From a virus (lineage: Duplodnaviria; Caudoviricetes): DNA of 43,266 nt. Below the pieces are notes generated by a model, which was not told the DNA's origin, searched no databases, and saw only the letters and a program-made list of their open reading frames with translations. The stretch is from the IMG/VR virus record IMGVR_UViG_3300044806_000297, positions 1 through 43,266 of that record, one strand, 5' to 3'. The translations under genes and the position numbers were made by a program. Below, piece after piece: positions 16,798 to 27,280 of the stretch. Each line of letters opens with the position of its first letter. Position 1 is the stretch's first letter.

Positions 16798-17889
16798 CTA
16801 TGAAGGAATTCTAGCACCCAATGAAATAGGGTCAATTAAAGTATCTACTTTAGTCCAAACTACTGTCCCATCTGTATAAGTTGTTCCAGTAAAAGCCGGT
16901 TCAGTGGAACTCGTTGTACCAGCGGTAGTACATTTGTAAAGAACCGCGTTAGTAGCTGGATCAGAGGGGGTATAATAAGTATTTAGTAATATTGGTTTTG
17001 TTACTTCCCATTTACCATCAATAGTTGGTGAACAAGTAATAGTATAAGGTTCTAACGATGGACAATCTAAAGTATAAGATGATCCAGTTGTTACAGTTGA
17101 ACAAGATAAACCACTAGGGGATATTCCAGTAATAGTCCAAGAAGTAAAAGCTAAACTTTCAGTAATATTTCCACTAATTTGTCCTGCATAGGTTTGGAAT
17201 AGTGAAAAAGTAGTAGCTGATGGTGCTGGTCTGGCTGCTCTAGTTATTCTTAATCCGCCACAATAAGCACTAACACCACCATAATTATAATTACCTGCAT
17301 TACCTGCTGCAAATAATTGTAAAGTTTTTGAAGTAGTGTTTAGTGCTGTTGAAGTTGTATTAGTGCTATCTGTAACAAGTAATGTTGTACCTTTATATAC
17401 TTTTAAAACCCCAGCAGAACGAATAATTGTTAAGTAAATCCATTGTCCTGTAGCAAATTGGTTAGTTACAGAAGGTGTGGTTTGACTAGTAATAGTAGTA
17501 CCGTTAATATATTGTAAGGCTAAGGTATTAGCTGTGTAGTCTATTACAAAACTTTTAATAGCTGTGTTAGTTTCTCTTAAACCCCATGATAACATAGTTG
17601 AGAAAACAGAATTAAATGTATTTGTATAAACAGCAATCTCTATAGTCCAATCACCAGTACCAATATCGTCTAAAGTATTTCCTAATATATTAACTGTATT
17701 TGGAGGCATAGCATTGGTAACTGTGCCACAAAGAATAGCACTACCTGTTTGAGTATTAGTATTATGTCCCGTTGTTATTGCTGCTGAACCATTAGCAATA
17801 ACCTTATTCTTTTTAATAGATAAGTCTGTGAAACTATCTCCTCTTAGAATTAGGACAGTTTTATCGTAGTAAATATCTCCTATTGCCAT
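16798..17889 (-). CDS. LamG/ConA-like lectin-domain protein with a C-terminal carbohydrate-binding-like motif (candidate receptor-binding protein)
   Basis: GTGDWTIE, GQWIYLTIIRSAGVLKVY, LRITRAAR; C-terminal YKCTTAGTTSSTEP...DGTVVW. Confidence 0.7.
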   Translation of the reverse strand: MAIGDIYYDKTVLILRGDSFTDLSIKKNKVIANGSAAITTGHNTNTQTGSAILCGTVTNAMPPNTVNILGNTLDDIGTGDWTIEIAVYTNTFNSVFSTMLSWGLRETNTAIKSFVIDYTANTLALQYINGTTITSQTTPSVTNQFATGQWIYLTIIRSAGVLKVYKGTTLLVTDSTNTTSTALNTTSKTLQLFAAGNAGNYNYGGVSAYCGGLRITRAARPAPSATTFSLFQTYAGQISGNITESLAFTSWTITGISPSGLSCSTVTTGSSYTLDCPSLEPYTITCSPTIDGKWEVTKPILLNTYYTPSDPATNAVLYKCTTAGTTSSTEPAFTGTTYTDGTVVWTKVDTLIDPISLGARIPS

Positions 17890-18335
17890 TATAATGCTCC
17901 ATTAGTGTAAGATAGAGAAAGCCAACCGGAACTAGCAACAAGAATATTAAGAGGATTTCCAGCAGTAGTTACTAAGTTAATTGGTGAACCATTATTATAA
18001 TTAAGATTCCCATAACAGATTAAAGGTTTACTTCCCGTATCATGATATAATACCCAATAAAAAGCTGTTAAAGTAGCCGAAGCAGTCCAACTAGGATTAG
18101 CACTTTTAAAAATATTACCTGTTATACTTTTTCCACTTAATAATTGTCCTCCAGCAGTATAACCATTAGCACTTGATAATTCATTTGTTAAATCTGAATA
18201 ATTGAGGTGGCTCATACTAGGATTGTAGCCAGAATCTAGTAAAGCTACTCTAATATTATTTGTGATTAAGTCGCTAAGATTAAAACTAGCTAAGTTTCCA
18301 GAATATAGGTAGGTTAATGAATTTGTAGTAGCCAT
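17889..18335 (-). CDS. tail fibre-associated structural protein
   Basis: Start corrected to MATTNS; IRVALLDSGYNP...DLTNELSSANGYTAGG...PLICY. Confidence 0.7.
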   Translation of the reverse strand: MATTNSLTYLYSGNLASFNLSDLITNNIRVALLDSGYNPSMSHLNYSDLTNELSSANGYTAGGQLLSGKSITGNIFKSANPSWTASATLTAFYWVLYHDTGSKPLICYGNLNYNNGSPINLVTTAGNPLNILVASSGWLSLSYTNGAL

Positions 18336-18342
18336 AATAATC

Positions 18343-19242
18343 CTAGTTAATTTTAAAACAATAACCAATAGCAGATGTATGGGCTTCTGGAGTCGAATCA
18401 CCATTACCTAAGCTCATAGATTTCTTTCCCCAAGTAAATACTTTATATTGATCTGATCCAATAGTTATAACATCATTAATATTGTAGTTATCAATTCTTA
18501 ATAAGAAGATGTGAGGAAGTGTTCCACAAGGTGCAACAGAATTACCTCCTAATAGAACTACTAAATCTATTGGGAATAGTATTGCTTGATTATTCCAAGT
18601 ATTTGGAGAATAAAATAGTGGATAGATTAAAGAGGTATCTAATAAAGCTGTAAAACCTCCAGTTCTACCTACACCATGATCCCAGACACCGTTACCTGCT
18701 AGACCATTTCCACAGACTGAAAGGTAATTGTAGCAATGGGCAAAGGGAATATAATTTACGTAGGTAGCTCCACCGTCAGATAAATCATTATTAGTAAGAA
18801 CAAAGAAATTTTCTGCCTGTGTGACATTATTACTCTGTGTACTAGCAAAAGCTACTCCGCCACCAATAGGAGAACTATTACCTGTTTTATTAATATTACC
18901 AAAGAACAGTGTAACAGCTCTTTCACTAGCATATTGTAGGTTAAGTACAAACATATCAGGATTGGAGAAAATACCTATGTGATAGGTAAGCCCTGAACCA
19001 ATAAAAGGTAATGTTCTAGTATAAGGTTGAACTGGTGATGCTTCTGGAACGGCTTGACAATTTCTAATACCAAGATAAGATGAATCAGAAAACAGTTCTA
19101 ATCTTGTATTATTTGAACCTTTTGTAAAATAACTAACAGTGCCGCTTGGACTATTAACTGTATAACCATTATCAGTACAAGCTGTTTTTATAATACTAAA
19201 TAAATCTGAAACATTACTAACTGTTCCTGTTAAATAAGCCAT
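18343..19242 (-). CDS. virion structural protein (post-TMP)
   Basis: MAYLTGT...; PNTWNNQAILFPI...LRIDNYNINDVITIGSDQYKVF. Confidence 0.75.
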   Translation of the reverse strand: MAYLTGTVSNVSDLFSIIKTACTDNGYTVNSPSGTVSYFTKGSNNTRLELFSDSSYLGIRNCQAVPEASPVQPYTRTLPFIGSGLTYHIGIFSNPDMFVLNLQYASERAVTLFFGNINKTGNSSPIGGGVAFASTQSNNVTQAENFFVLTNNDLSDGGATYVNYIPFAHCYNYLSVCGNGLAGNGVWDHGVGRTGGFTALLDTSLIYPLFYSPNTWNNQAILFPIDLVVLLGGNSVAPCGTLPHIFLLRIDNYNINDVITIGSDQYKVFTWGKKSMSLGNGDSTPEAHTSAIGYCFKIN

Positions 19243-20120
19243 TATTCCATCCTCAAAGCAATATATTCATTAAAACCTGTTCGCAAGTTATCTGGGAAGA
19301 TTATATAGTCTTTTCCATCTGTTCCAGTTATAATATTTTCAGCAGCATTATTAAAACCAGATATAAAGTAAAATCCCTCAACCTGTCCATAAACATTGTG
19401 TTCGGTTGGGGAAATAATAACTACCGGTTTTAAGGTATAAATTCCATCACTAATATTACTATCTAAGTCCGCAGGTAAGTTACGATAATTAGGTATAACA
19501 CCTGAAACAGAATAGGGTGATAAGGATGTAACAATCCAATTACCCAGTAGATTCTTTATATATGGCAACCCACCGACTTTAGTATTAAACCAATTATATA
19601 TAGTTGTAACAGAATATCTAGTATTGACTATTCCTCCAGGTAAGCAACCACCTATAAATGGAAAATATTGCCCAGCAAAAGGAATATTCCATAATGTAGG
19701 TAGTTGTCCTGTAACAGTAAAATAATGATTCTGTACTCTAACACAAATATTAATGCCTTTCTGTGTAGCTGTTACCCAATATGGAATAGCTTGATTCCAA
19801 AGAGGTAAACCTACTGCACCATAACCAGGTTGATTTTCCCAAGTATTCCCTGAAACATAACCATTAAAGATTCCTAATTCAAGGTTAAAAACATCTAAGG
19901 ATGGTTGAATATTTAATCTTAAGCCCCAGTATAAGTAGTTAACTCCTGACAAGCCTGGAGCGCGAAAGATAATCTCTCTACTAACCCCACTCGTAACACT
20001 ATTAGTTACATTCCTTAAAATTGTATGTCTATCTGCTAGTGGTAACTCCGTTGTTACAAAAGTTACCAACATATTAGTAAAAGCAGTATGATCTGTACTA
20101 CTACCAGTTTTAAAAGCCAT
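19242..20120 (-). CDS. virion structural protein (post-TMP)
   Basis: MAFKTG..., IFRAPGLSG, QPG, YGQVEGFYFISGFNNAAENII. Confidence 0.75.
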   Translation of the reverse strand: MAFKTGSSTDHTAFTNMLVTFVTTELPLADRHTILRNVTNSVTSGVSREIIFRAPGLSGVNYLYWGLRLNIQPSLDVFNLELGIFNGYVSGNTWENQPGYGAVGLPLWNQAIPYWVTATQKGINICVRVQNHYFTVTGQLPTLWNIPFAGQYFPFIGGCLPGGIVNTRYSVTTIYNWFNTKVGGLPYIKNLLGNWIVTSLSPYSVSGVIPNYRNLPADLDSNISDGIYTLKPVVIISPTEHNVYGQVEGFYFISGFNNAAENIITGTDGKDYIIFPDNLRTGFNEYIALRME

Positions 20121-23100
20121 TAATTATTCCTTCTAATAATATTGTAAACAGCACTTTCAAATTTGTCTGAGCTAACATAGGAATCGAATACATCGTCACC
20201 CCAATGATTGTGTATAGTTACTTTAGGTTTAGCTTGTTGTACAGGTTGCGCTGCTTGTTGTTTCTTTTGCGCATTTTGTACATAACCAGTAATATCTTTG
20301 TTTTGTTTGGGAGATAATACTCGCTCACCTTTATTAAGTAAGTAAGTTTGTTCTGCTGGAACATAATCTAAACCACCATGAGCGGCTGGCATTTGTTGTG
20401 CTTGTATCTTAGCAACAGTTGCCATACCTGAAACAATAGCTATACCTGCTGCAATACCTCCCATAATACCTGTTTGTGCGGCGGCTTTAGTAGCTTGAAC
20501 ATAAGTATTCATAATAGCTTCACCGATAGCTGCTGCTTTAGCTACTGCAAATGCTGCTCTAGCTGCTGCACTTTGTTTTCCAAACATTACTTGGAAGCCT
20601 TCACCAATATTAGTCATCTTTTCTTGTGTTAAAGCTGCTACACCTTCGTAATATTGAGCCTCTATTATCATTTTCTTTTGATTAGCTGCATCAGTAATAG
20701 CTACTTCTTGATCTTTAACAAATTGATAAGCTACTAAAGATTGTTGTTGCAAGTCAGCAGGATAGTCTTGTCCTAATATAGTTCTTTGAGCATTAGCTTG
20801 TTGACCTATACCAGCTAACTCTGTGTCTCTATTTTTAGCAAGATTTCCGTAGTCACCTGTATCTTGAACAAACAATCCAGAAGCTTGTTGTTCTAACTCT
20901 TTCCTTCTATTAACTTTCTCATTAAGAAAATCAACTTTATCAGCTTCTGTACCAGCTAGACCTACTTGTTTTTCCCATTCTTTAGTAATCTTATCTTGTA
21001 TCTCTAAATGTCTTTTTTGCTCAATAATAAGATTCTTAGTACCAGTTAATTGATCTAATTGGCCAATTTGGACTTGTCTTGTTATGGCTTCTGTACGCTT
21101 AGTATACCTATCTTCTTCAAGATTGTAAAGTCTTTTCGCTTCAACAATTTCAACTTCATACTGCTTTTGACGCTTCAATATATCTAGTTTTGCAACTTCT
21201 GAAAATAAACCTTTATTAATTAAAGCTTGTTTCTTTTCATTATAATCTATATCAATTTGTGCTAAAGCTTTCTCTCTTTCAGTTCCTTTTGTTTTTGCTA
21301 ATTCGTTATTAAGATCATCTATAGCTGCTTTTTTATCTGCATTATATTGTGCTTGCTCCAGTTCATACTTATTAGTATCATTAATTCTTTGTTCTGATAA
21401 GGATAACTTTTCTTGTTCAAGTCTTTTAACTTCTGTTAATGTTTCTTGTGAAAGTTCAGAAGATTTTGTATAAGAATCCTGACCAGAACCTAAGCTATTA
21501 ACTACTTTATAAGCTGCTCTAGCATAATTAGCTCTTACTTGTGCATCTGGACTCTCGCTACCTCCTTTAGCACCTTCAAAAGCTTTTCCTCTTAACCCAA
21601 TAGCTACTTTTCCTGGGTCAGTACCAGCATTAGCAATTACATTATTAACTCCTTTGCTATAGTTACCTTTTAATTCATGGATTAAGAAAGCTGTTTGCTC
21701 TTTTAAAGCTTGTGCTGTATCTGTTACACTTTGTAAGGCATGACCATGTAATCTTTTATAAGCATCTAATCTTTCTCTATTCCATTGAGCTAGCCCAAAC
21801 GAATGTTTACCTTGTCCAGCATCATTAGGATTAATAACATGTGGGTCAAGATTAGATTCACCTCTAATAGTTCCTAGTACACCAGCAGCTCCTACTTTAC
21901 TGAAACCAGCTTTTAAAAGCTCGCTAGCAATGTATTTCATTCTTAAACCACCAGTATCAGCCGTAGGTTTTTGATGAAATCCTTCTACTTTACTATTTTT
22001 ATTAAGTTGTTCCCACAACTGAGAATTAGACTTAATGTAATCATTAGTCTTAATATTGTTAGTTGTAGTAATAATTCCTAATTCATTTTGAAGTTTGATT
22101 TGTTTTTCTAATCCAGCTTCTTTAGCCTTAGTAATGTCATTATCAAAACTTGCTAGTTGCTTATTAGCTTCAATTTGGTCAAAAGGTTGTTGATTTACTT
22201 TTGCTAGATTAATTTGTTGTTCATAAGCAGCTTTTTCCAATTGAAGTCTTTTAACAACATTAGCTGTTTCATCTTCAATTTGTTTAATATTAAAGTCTCG
22301 TTGTTTTGCTAATTTAGCATTATTAGCATCATCAAGTTTTTGTTGTTGTTCGGTGTTAAACTTATCTGTTAATATTTGTATTTGTTGATTATGTTTCTCA
22401 AAGAAGGTTTCAGCAGTTTTTAAATCTTCCTCAGTTCTTCCAATTGGTATTAACTTTTGATCTGTTTTTCCACTTTTAATATAAGCATCAAAGTCAGCTA
22501 ATACTCTTTTATAACCTACTACATATTGTTGTTGTTGACGCAAGTAAGCTGCTAAAGCCATATTAGCTTTCTCACCAGCATTTTCCATATTAGCAGTAGC
22601 TTCGTCTAAGTCTGGAATTGGTAATACATTTTCTTTAGCTTTTGCTTCTAATGCTAATCTTTCAGCAGTTCTTCTTTGTGATAGTTGTCTTTCTTGTTCA
22701 AGAATATTAGCTTCTTTTTCTCTAATAAGATTATCAAAATTATCTTTATCTCCTTGTCTTTGCAATATACTAGGTAATTGAAGGTATTTCTCTTTTTCTT
22801 CTTTAACTTTTTTAAGTTCGCTGTATAAATCTGCTAAGGCTTCCTTAGTTCTTTTAATTCCTTCATTATTATCAACATTAAGTTCTAAATCCCCTACTGT
22901 TTTTAAATCTGGAACTTTAGTAGCTTGTGCTTCTCTTTGAGCATCATAGAACTCTTTAGCTAGTTGTTTTGCTTTTCCAACTGCATCATTATTTTCGTCA
23001 ATTTTTCCTTTTATTCTTTTAAGTAGATCATACCAAATTAATCCTCCTGCAATCATTAAAGAAAAAGGATTATTAGCTAGTATTGCTTGAAAACGAGTTG

Positions 23101-24934
23101 CTGCTACACCAGCAGTAGTGAAGGAGTTTGTTAAGAAGAAAAAGTTTTTAACTGCTAAGGCAATTCTACCTACTAACAAAACTCCCAACGTTATAGAAAC
23201 ATCCTTAACAGCAGTCCCAAGAATCTGTGTCTCAGCATTATCTTTTTTAATAACCTCAATAAAAGAAGTTAAACCTTGAACAGCACTAATTATAGAACCA
23301 GAACTTAATTGATAAAGTTGTTCCTGCAATGTAGTGAAGGCTGTTTGTAAACGACCAATATTAGCATTTAATCCATGATCTGCTAAGGCAGCAGCTAGTG
23401 AAAATTGTTTAGCGTAGAATTCTGTAAAGTTAAGAATAGTATCATGTGCTAATACTGTTCCAGCTTTCATTTCCTTAACAAGTTGTTGGGTAGTTTTACT
23501 ATTAGCTTTAGCAAAGGCCGCAAAAGCACCAGGCAATAAGTTACCTAATTGTTTAACAAGTTCTTCGCTTTGTACTTTTGTTTTATTAAATATTTGAGCA
23601 AGGGCATTAAAAATACCTTCGGCCTTAGCAGCAGGAAGATGTAAAGCTTGAACAACTGTATTAATGTTTGTAAACATCTTAGCAGTATCTTGCAAACTCT
23701 CCCCTGCAATGCTAGTAGATGCGTAGAAATTTCTAAATGTTTCTCTAACTGTTCCGATTGCAATACCAGTCCTATTAGCTTCTTGTTCTAAGAATTGCAT
23801 AATAGAAGCTGTACCGCTTGTTGCGCCGGTTAAGGCAGTTAAAGCAGCAGTAGTTGTCTCAAGTTCAATACCTGCTCTTGGAATCCCTTGAATAGCTGTT
23901 ATTACATTACTGACAACAGTATTATAGATTTTATAAAGACCTACAACCTCAAAAACTCTTTGAGCTAATGTTCTATGGCTTTCAGCCAATCTTCTATTAG
24001 CTGCTAATTCTTCTTCTGTCCTTCTAATACCTGCAATTCTAACTTGTTCACTAATACTATCATTACGAAGATTATTAACCGCTTGAACACGTCTATTTCT
24101 TGCTTCTGCTAGTGTTATTGTTCTTGAAGATAAATCTCTTTCAATAGCTATTAGTCGATTTGCATAAGCTTGTCTAATATCTTCTATTCTATGTGTGGAG
24201 CGTATTTCTTCTTGCTCTAATTGCGTGTTACCAGTTCTTAAAGCAGCAGCACGAAGTTGTAGTTCTCTATTAACAGCAGTTGGATTATTGCCTGCACGGA
24301 AAGATTGAAGTTCTGCATTATTGTTAGCAGCATTAACAACTGTTCTATGTGCCGCTATTTGAGCATTAGCTATTCTATTAGCAGATAGTATTGCTGCTTG
24401 TTCTACTTCTAATATTCTATTTCTTTCAGCAGCAGAATTAATAAACGTAATTTGACCGGTTACAAATTTTTCTTGTAATTTTTGTAGATCATCGGCAGTC
24501 TTTTTATTAATTAATCTTTCTTTTTCAGCTAACTGTAACTTAATTTCAAGAATCTTATTTCCTTCTATTCTTGCAATTTCAATAGCTGTTTGTGAAGCAA
24601 TTTTTGCTTGTTTTTCTCTTGTAGCAGTATTAAAGATTTCTTGTTTATTTGCTAAAGGTCTTTGAATAGTTGTACTAATAGTATTTGATGATGATAAAGC
24701 TAACTTAGCTTTCTCAATATTTGCTATTAGTTTTTCATAATTCTTTGAAGTTAATTCGATTGAATGTGCAAAAGCTGTATAAGTATCTCCATTTTCCGCT
24801 TTAAAAGATTTTAAAGTAGAATCTAGTTTTTTAACTTTTACATCAGCAGTATCTAACTGGGTGTTGAGAAGTTCTAAACCTTTCTTACCATCATGATTGG
24901 AAATAATCTTTATTCTTACTATTTTTTCAGTCAT
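20120..24934 (-). CDS. tape measure protein with internal phage tail lysozyme domain
   Basis: About 1600 aa, helical; tape-measure domain ALAQIFNKTKVQSEELVKQLGNLLPGA; GVLGTIRGES...FGLAQW; C-terminal AHGGLDYVP...LLNKGERVL. Confidence 0.92.
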   Translation of the reverse strand: MTEKIVRIKIISNHDGKKGLELLNTQLDTADVKVKKLDSTLKSFKAENGDTYTAFAHSIELTSKNYEKLIANIEKAKLALSSSNTISTTIQRPLANKQEIFNTATREKQAKIASQTAIEIARIEGNKILEIKLQLAEKERLINKKTADDLQKLQEKFVTGQITFINSAAERNRILEVEQAAILSANRIANAQIAAHRTVVNAANNNAELQSFRAGNNPTAVNRELQLRAAALRTGNTQLEQEEIRSTHRIEDIRQAYANRLIAIERDLSSRTITLAEARNRRVQAVNNLRNDSISEQVRIAGIRRTEEELAANRRLAESHRTLAQRVFEVVGLYKIYNTVVSNVITAIQGIPRAGIELETTTAALTALTGATSGTASIMQFLEQEANRTGIAIGTVRETFRNFYASTSIAGESLQDTAKMFTNINTVVQALHLPAAKAEGIFNALAQIFNKTKVQSEELVKQLGNLLPGAFAAFAKANSKTTQQLVKEMKAGTVLAHDTILNFTEFYAKQFSLAAALADHGLNANIGRLQTAFTTLQEQLYQLSSGSIISAVQGLTSFIEVIKKDNAETQILGTAVKDVSITLGVLLVGRIALAVKNFFFLTNSFTTAGVAATRFQAILANNPFSLMIAGGLIWYDLLKRIKGKIDENNDAVGKAKQLAKEFYDAQREAQATKVPDLKTVGDLELNVDNNEGIKRTKEALADLYSELKKVKEEKEKYLQLPSILQRQGDKDNFDNLIREKEANILEQERQLSQRRTAERLALEAKAKENVLPIPDLDEATANMENAGEKANMALAAYLRQQQQYVVGYKRVLADFDAYIKSGKTDQKLIPIGRTEEDLKTAETFFEKHNQQIQILTDKFNTEQQQKLDDANNAKLAKQRDFNIKQIEDETANVVKRLQLEKAAYEQQINLAKVNQQPFDQIEANKQLASFDNDITKAKEAGLEKQIKLQNELGIITTTNNIKTNDYIKSNSQLWEQLNKNSKVEGFHQKPTADTGGLRMKYIASELLKAGFSKVGAAGVLGTIRGESNLDPHVINPNDAGQGKHSFGLAQWNRERLDAYKRLHGHALQSVTDTAQALKEQTAFLIHELKGNYSKGVNNVIANAGTDPGKVAIGLRGKAFEGAKGGSESPDAQVRANYARAAYKVVNSLGSGQDSYTKSSELSQETLTEVKRLEQEKLSLSEQRINDTNKYELEQAQYNADKKAAIDDLNNELAKTKGTEREKALAQIDIDYNEKKQALINKGLFSEVAKLDILKRQKQYEVEIVEAKRLYNLEEDRYTKRTEAITRQVQIGQLDQLTGTKNLIIEQKRHLEIQDKITKEWEKQVGLAGTEADKVDFLNEKVNRRKELEQQASGLFVQDTGDYGNLAKNRDTELAGIGQQANAQRTILGQDYPADLQQQSLVAYQFVKDQEVAITDAANQKKMIIEAQYYEGVAALTQEKMTNIGEGFQVMFGKQSAAARAAFAVAKAAAIGEAIMNTYVQATKAAAQTGIMGGIAAGIAIVSGMATVAKIQAQQMPAAHGGLDYVPAEQTYLLNKGERVLSPKQNKDITGYVQNAQKKQQAAQPVQQAKPKVTIHNHWGDDVFDSYVSSDKFESAVYNIIRRNN

Positions 24935-25310
24935 TCTCAACACCTTTGTTAGAATTTGTAGGAATTATTACAGACAAATACCCATAATGGATATAAGATA
25001 TGGCTTCTAATGTTTCAGTAACTTTAACTCTTTTATCTTTAATAAGAGCTAATAAAACATTGGAATCTAGTGAGTAGTATTCATTAATAACATAACTTCT
25101 AGCTATTTGGTAAATATCAAGACTATTGAAGTTTTCCCAAAAAAGATAAAAAGTTTGTATTTCTTCCTTTTCTTCTTCCTCTTCCTCGAAGGACATTCCA
25201 AAAGTGGCTGAAAGTAAACGTTCTTCTTCCTTAATTTTCTCAATTTCTGAATTACGTTTACTTTCTAATCCAATCTTTCCTAATAGTTCTCCGAGTTCTG
25301 TTAGTTTTTT
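24927..25310 (-). CDS. tail assembly chaperone gpT moiety (-1 frame)
   Basis: The frame of track ORF 24927-25196 stays open upstream to the slippery A AAA AAC at 25310-25304. Confidence 0.75.
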   Translation of the reverse strand, partial: KKLTELGELLGKIGLESKRNSEIEKIKEEERLLSATFGMSFEEEEEEKEEIQTFYLFWENFNSLDIYQIARSYVINEYYSLDSNVLLALIKDKRVKVTETLEAISYIHYGYLSVIIPTNSNKGVEND

Positions 25311-25795
25311 AAGTTTTCTTCCTTATAAGATGAGTTAAAAACAACAGTAGTTACTGCATTAGTAAGCAGAGGGGCAATAGAAGTATTGTCAAAGTATAAA
25401 TCTAGGAGGACGTTTAGACATTCTTTGTCGTCCTTCCAAAGCCCCTCAATTGGTTGACTGTCTCTAGTATCAGAAACTATTAAGTCAGTTTCATCTGTTT
25501 CTAGTACAGCGTCTTTAATATATAATATATGTTTCCTATAGAATGAAGTCATTTCAGCTTCTTTAGCTTCTGACAACCTTTCAAGTTCTTCAACTAAGGA
25601 AGAATTTTCAGGATGCAAAGCTACTTTATCTTCTAGTTCATTCAATTCTTTCGTATTTAATATTCCTAAATACTCTTTACGAATTTTTGATAAGTCTTTA
25701 ACAGAATAGACTTTAATTCCAACTGTTAAAGAAACTCCATCAACTTTAATAGGAAACTCTTTTGATGCTTTTGCACCTTTAATTGCTATTTTCAT
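25301..25795 (-). CDS. tail assembly chaperone gpG
   Basis: Between tail tube and TMP; RBS GAGGA; ends ENLKN. Confidence 0.8.
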   Translation of the reverse strand: MKIAIKGAKASKEFPIKVDGVSLTVGIKVYSVKDLSKIRKEYLGILNTKELNELEDKVALHPENSSLVEELERLSEAKEAEMTSFYRKHILYIKDAVLETDETDLIVSDTRDSQPIEGLWKDDKECLNVLLDLYFDNTSIAPLLTNAVTTVVFNSSYKEENLKN

Positions 25796-25821
25796 TTTCG
25801 TCCTCACGAAGTTAATAAATA

Positions 25822-27081
25822 TTATTTCAAAATGATTTCAGTAGTACCAGTATTACGAAGTGTCAAGTCTTGTCCAGCATAGGTAGCTACTTTAGAATTA
25901 CTTACCTTAGATAACTGTGTTTTATTGGCAACAATTCTAGCTTTATAACCTGTAACAGTACCATAATCGATATATAATGAATGGTATTCTTCGATATGGT
26001 TATCAGGATTATAAGTTGCAGCCGCTTTATCTTCAATAATAGTCAAACTAATATCAGTAGGAGTAGCTTCTTTAGACCAACCATCACCACAACTTGTTAA
26101 GAATCTAACATAATCAAAACCACTAATATTAGGCATATTCAACTTATCGGTACAAATATTCTTAGTAGTTGCAACGTAAGCAGGTTGAGTAGCACCTGAA
26201 TACAAGTCTAATTGTGCAGTAGTAATAGTAGAACCTTTCAAAGAACCCATGTGAGCTGTTTCTTGGTCTCCGAAGTCTGGCTCAACAGTGAATTTATCAA
26301 GGACACTAACCAAGTTACCCATATAGTTCAATTTAAACTTTGCTCTAGTACCTACTTGAGCATCCAAATCTAAAGAACCTCTACAATCTGACATTGTAAA
26401 AGTTTTTTGTTGTAAGGTTAAATCAGGACTTGATCTTCTTACTTCGATAGTTAGAAAAGCATTAGAAGGAAGTGCATTTGTATATTTAACTTGGCCAGTT
26501 GATAAAACTATTGCCATACCACAAGATTGCATAACATCTGCTAAGGGAATTTCAGCCATAGTAGGAGTTGCACCAGCAATTGTACCTAATGCAGGAACAA
26601 ATACTTCACAATCAAATTTAGCATATTTATCTTTTACTACTGTTTCTTCACTACGATCTAGTTCATTACCAACATAACGGAAGGCTTCTGTATCTAGTTC
26701 AGTAGAATAGTTAAGATTTAACACTCTAATAGCATTTTTCGGACCGAGACCAGTAGCATATGTGGCAGCAGTTAAAGCAGTTGCTTTAGCCATTACACCA
26801 ACACTTTGGGCTGTAGCACTAGCTGGTACAACATCTTCCAAGGTTAAGGAAGTGTTAGAAGCAATTGTTAAAACCCTACCAACTAGTAAGCCACCTGGAG
26901 TATATAGATACGTCCCTACTGCTACTTCTGTGGTAAATAATGTGCTTGTACCAGTTACAGCAGCAGAACCTACAGTAGTTGTAATAGTACCAGTTGGTGT
27001 AGCATTAACACAAGGAACACCTTCTGCTGGCTGGATAGAAGCGAAAATAGCAATAGCTTTTTCATTAAATTTTACACCCAT
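25822..27081 (-). CDS. major tail tube protein with an inserted beta-domain
   Basis: Position; RBS TAAGGAG; AKFDCEV...DVMQSCG...CRGSLDL...KFKLNYMG. Confidence 0.8.
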   Translation of the reverse strand: MGVKFNEKAIAIFASIQPAEGVPCVNATPTGTITTTVGSAAVTGTSTLFTTEVAVGTYLYTPGGLLVGRVLTIASNTSLTLEDVVPASATAQSVGVMAKATALTAATYATGLGPKNAIRVLNLNYSTELDTEAFRYVGNELDRSEETVVKDKYAKFDCEVFVPALGTIAGATPTMAEIPLADVMQSCGMAIVLSTGQVKYTNALPSNAFLTIEVRRSSPDLTLQQKTFTMSDCRGSLDLDAQVGTRAKFKLNYMGNLVSVLDKFTVEPDFGDQETAHMGSLKGSTITTAQLDLYSGATQPAYVATTKNICTDKLNMPNISGFDYVRFLTSCGDGWSKEATPTDISLTIIEDKAAATYNPDNHIEEYHSLYIDYGTVTGYKARIVANKTQLSKVSNSKVATYAGQDLTLRNTGTTEIILK

Positions 27082-27091
27082 TATAAACTCC

Positions 27092-27268
27092 TTATGTTAA
27101 AGATGTTAAAGATTCTTGTTTAACTTGCTTTTTGAAAAGTTCTTTATTCTCATTAGCACATGGACTTAATTCAATGTTATTTTTTGCTAATGTTTCCTCA
27201 ATAATGTTTTGTGTTAAATCCTCTTGAACAAGAGTAATAACACCATCTACTTCTTTATAAACTGCCAT
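27092..27268 (-). CDS. small hypothetical protein (58 aa)
   Basis: MAVYKEVDGVITLVQED...; AGGT RBS; fills the gap; below the track cutoff. Confidence 0.55.
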   Translation of the reverse strand: MAVYKEVDGVITLVQEDLTQNIIEETLAKNNIELSPCANENKELFKKQVKQESLTSLT

Positions 27269-27280
27269 TTTAATTACCTA

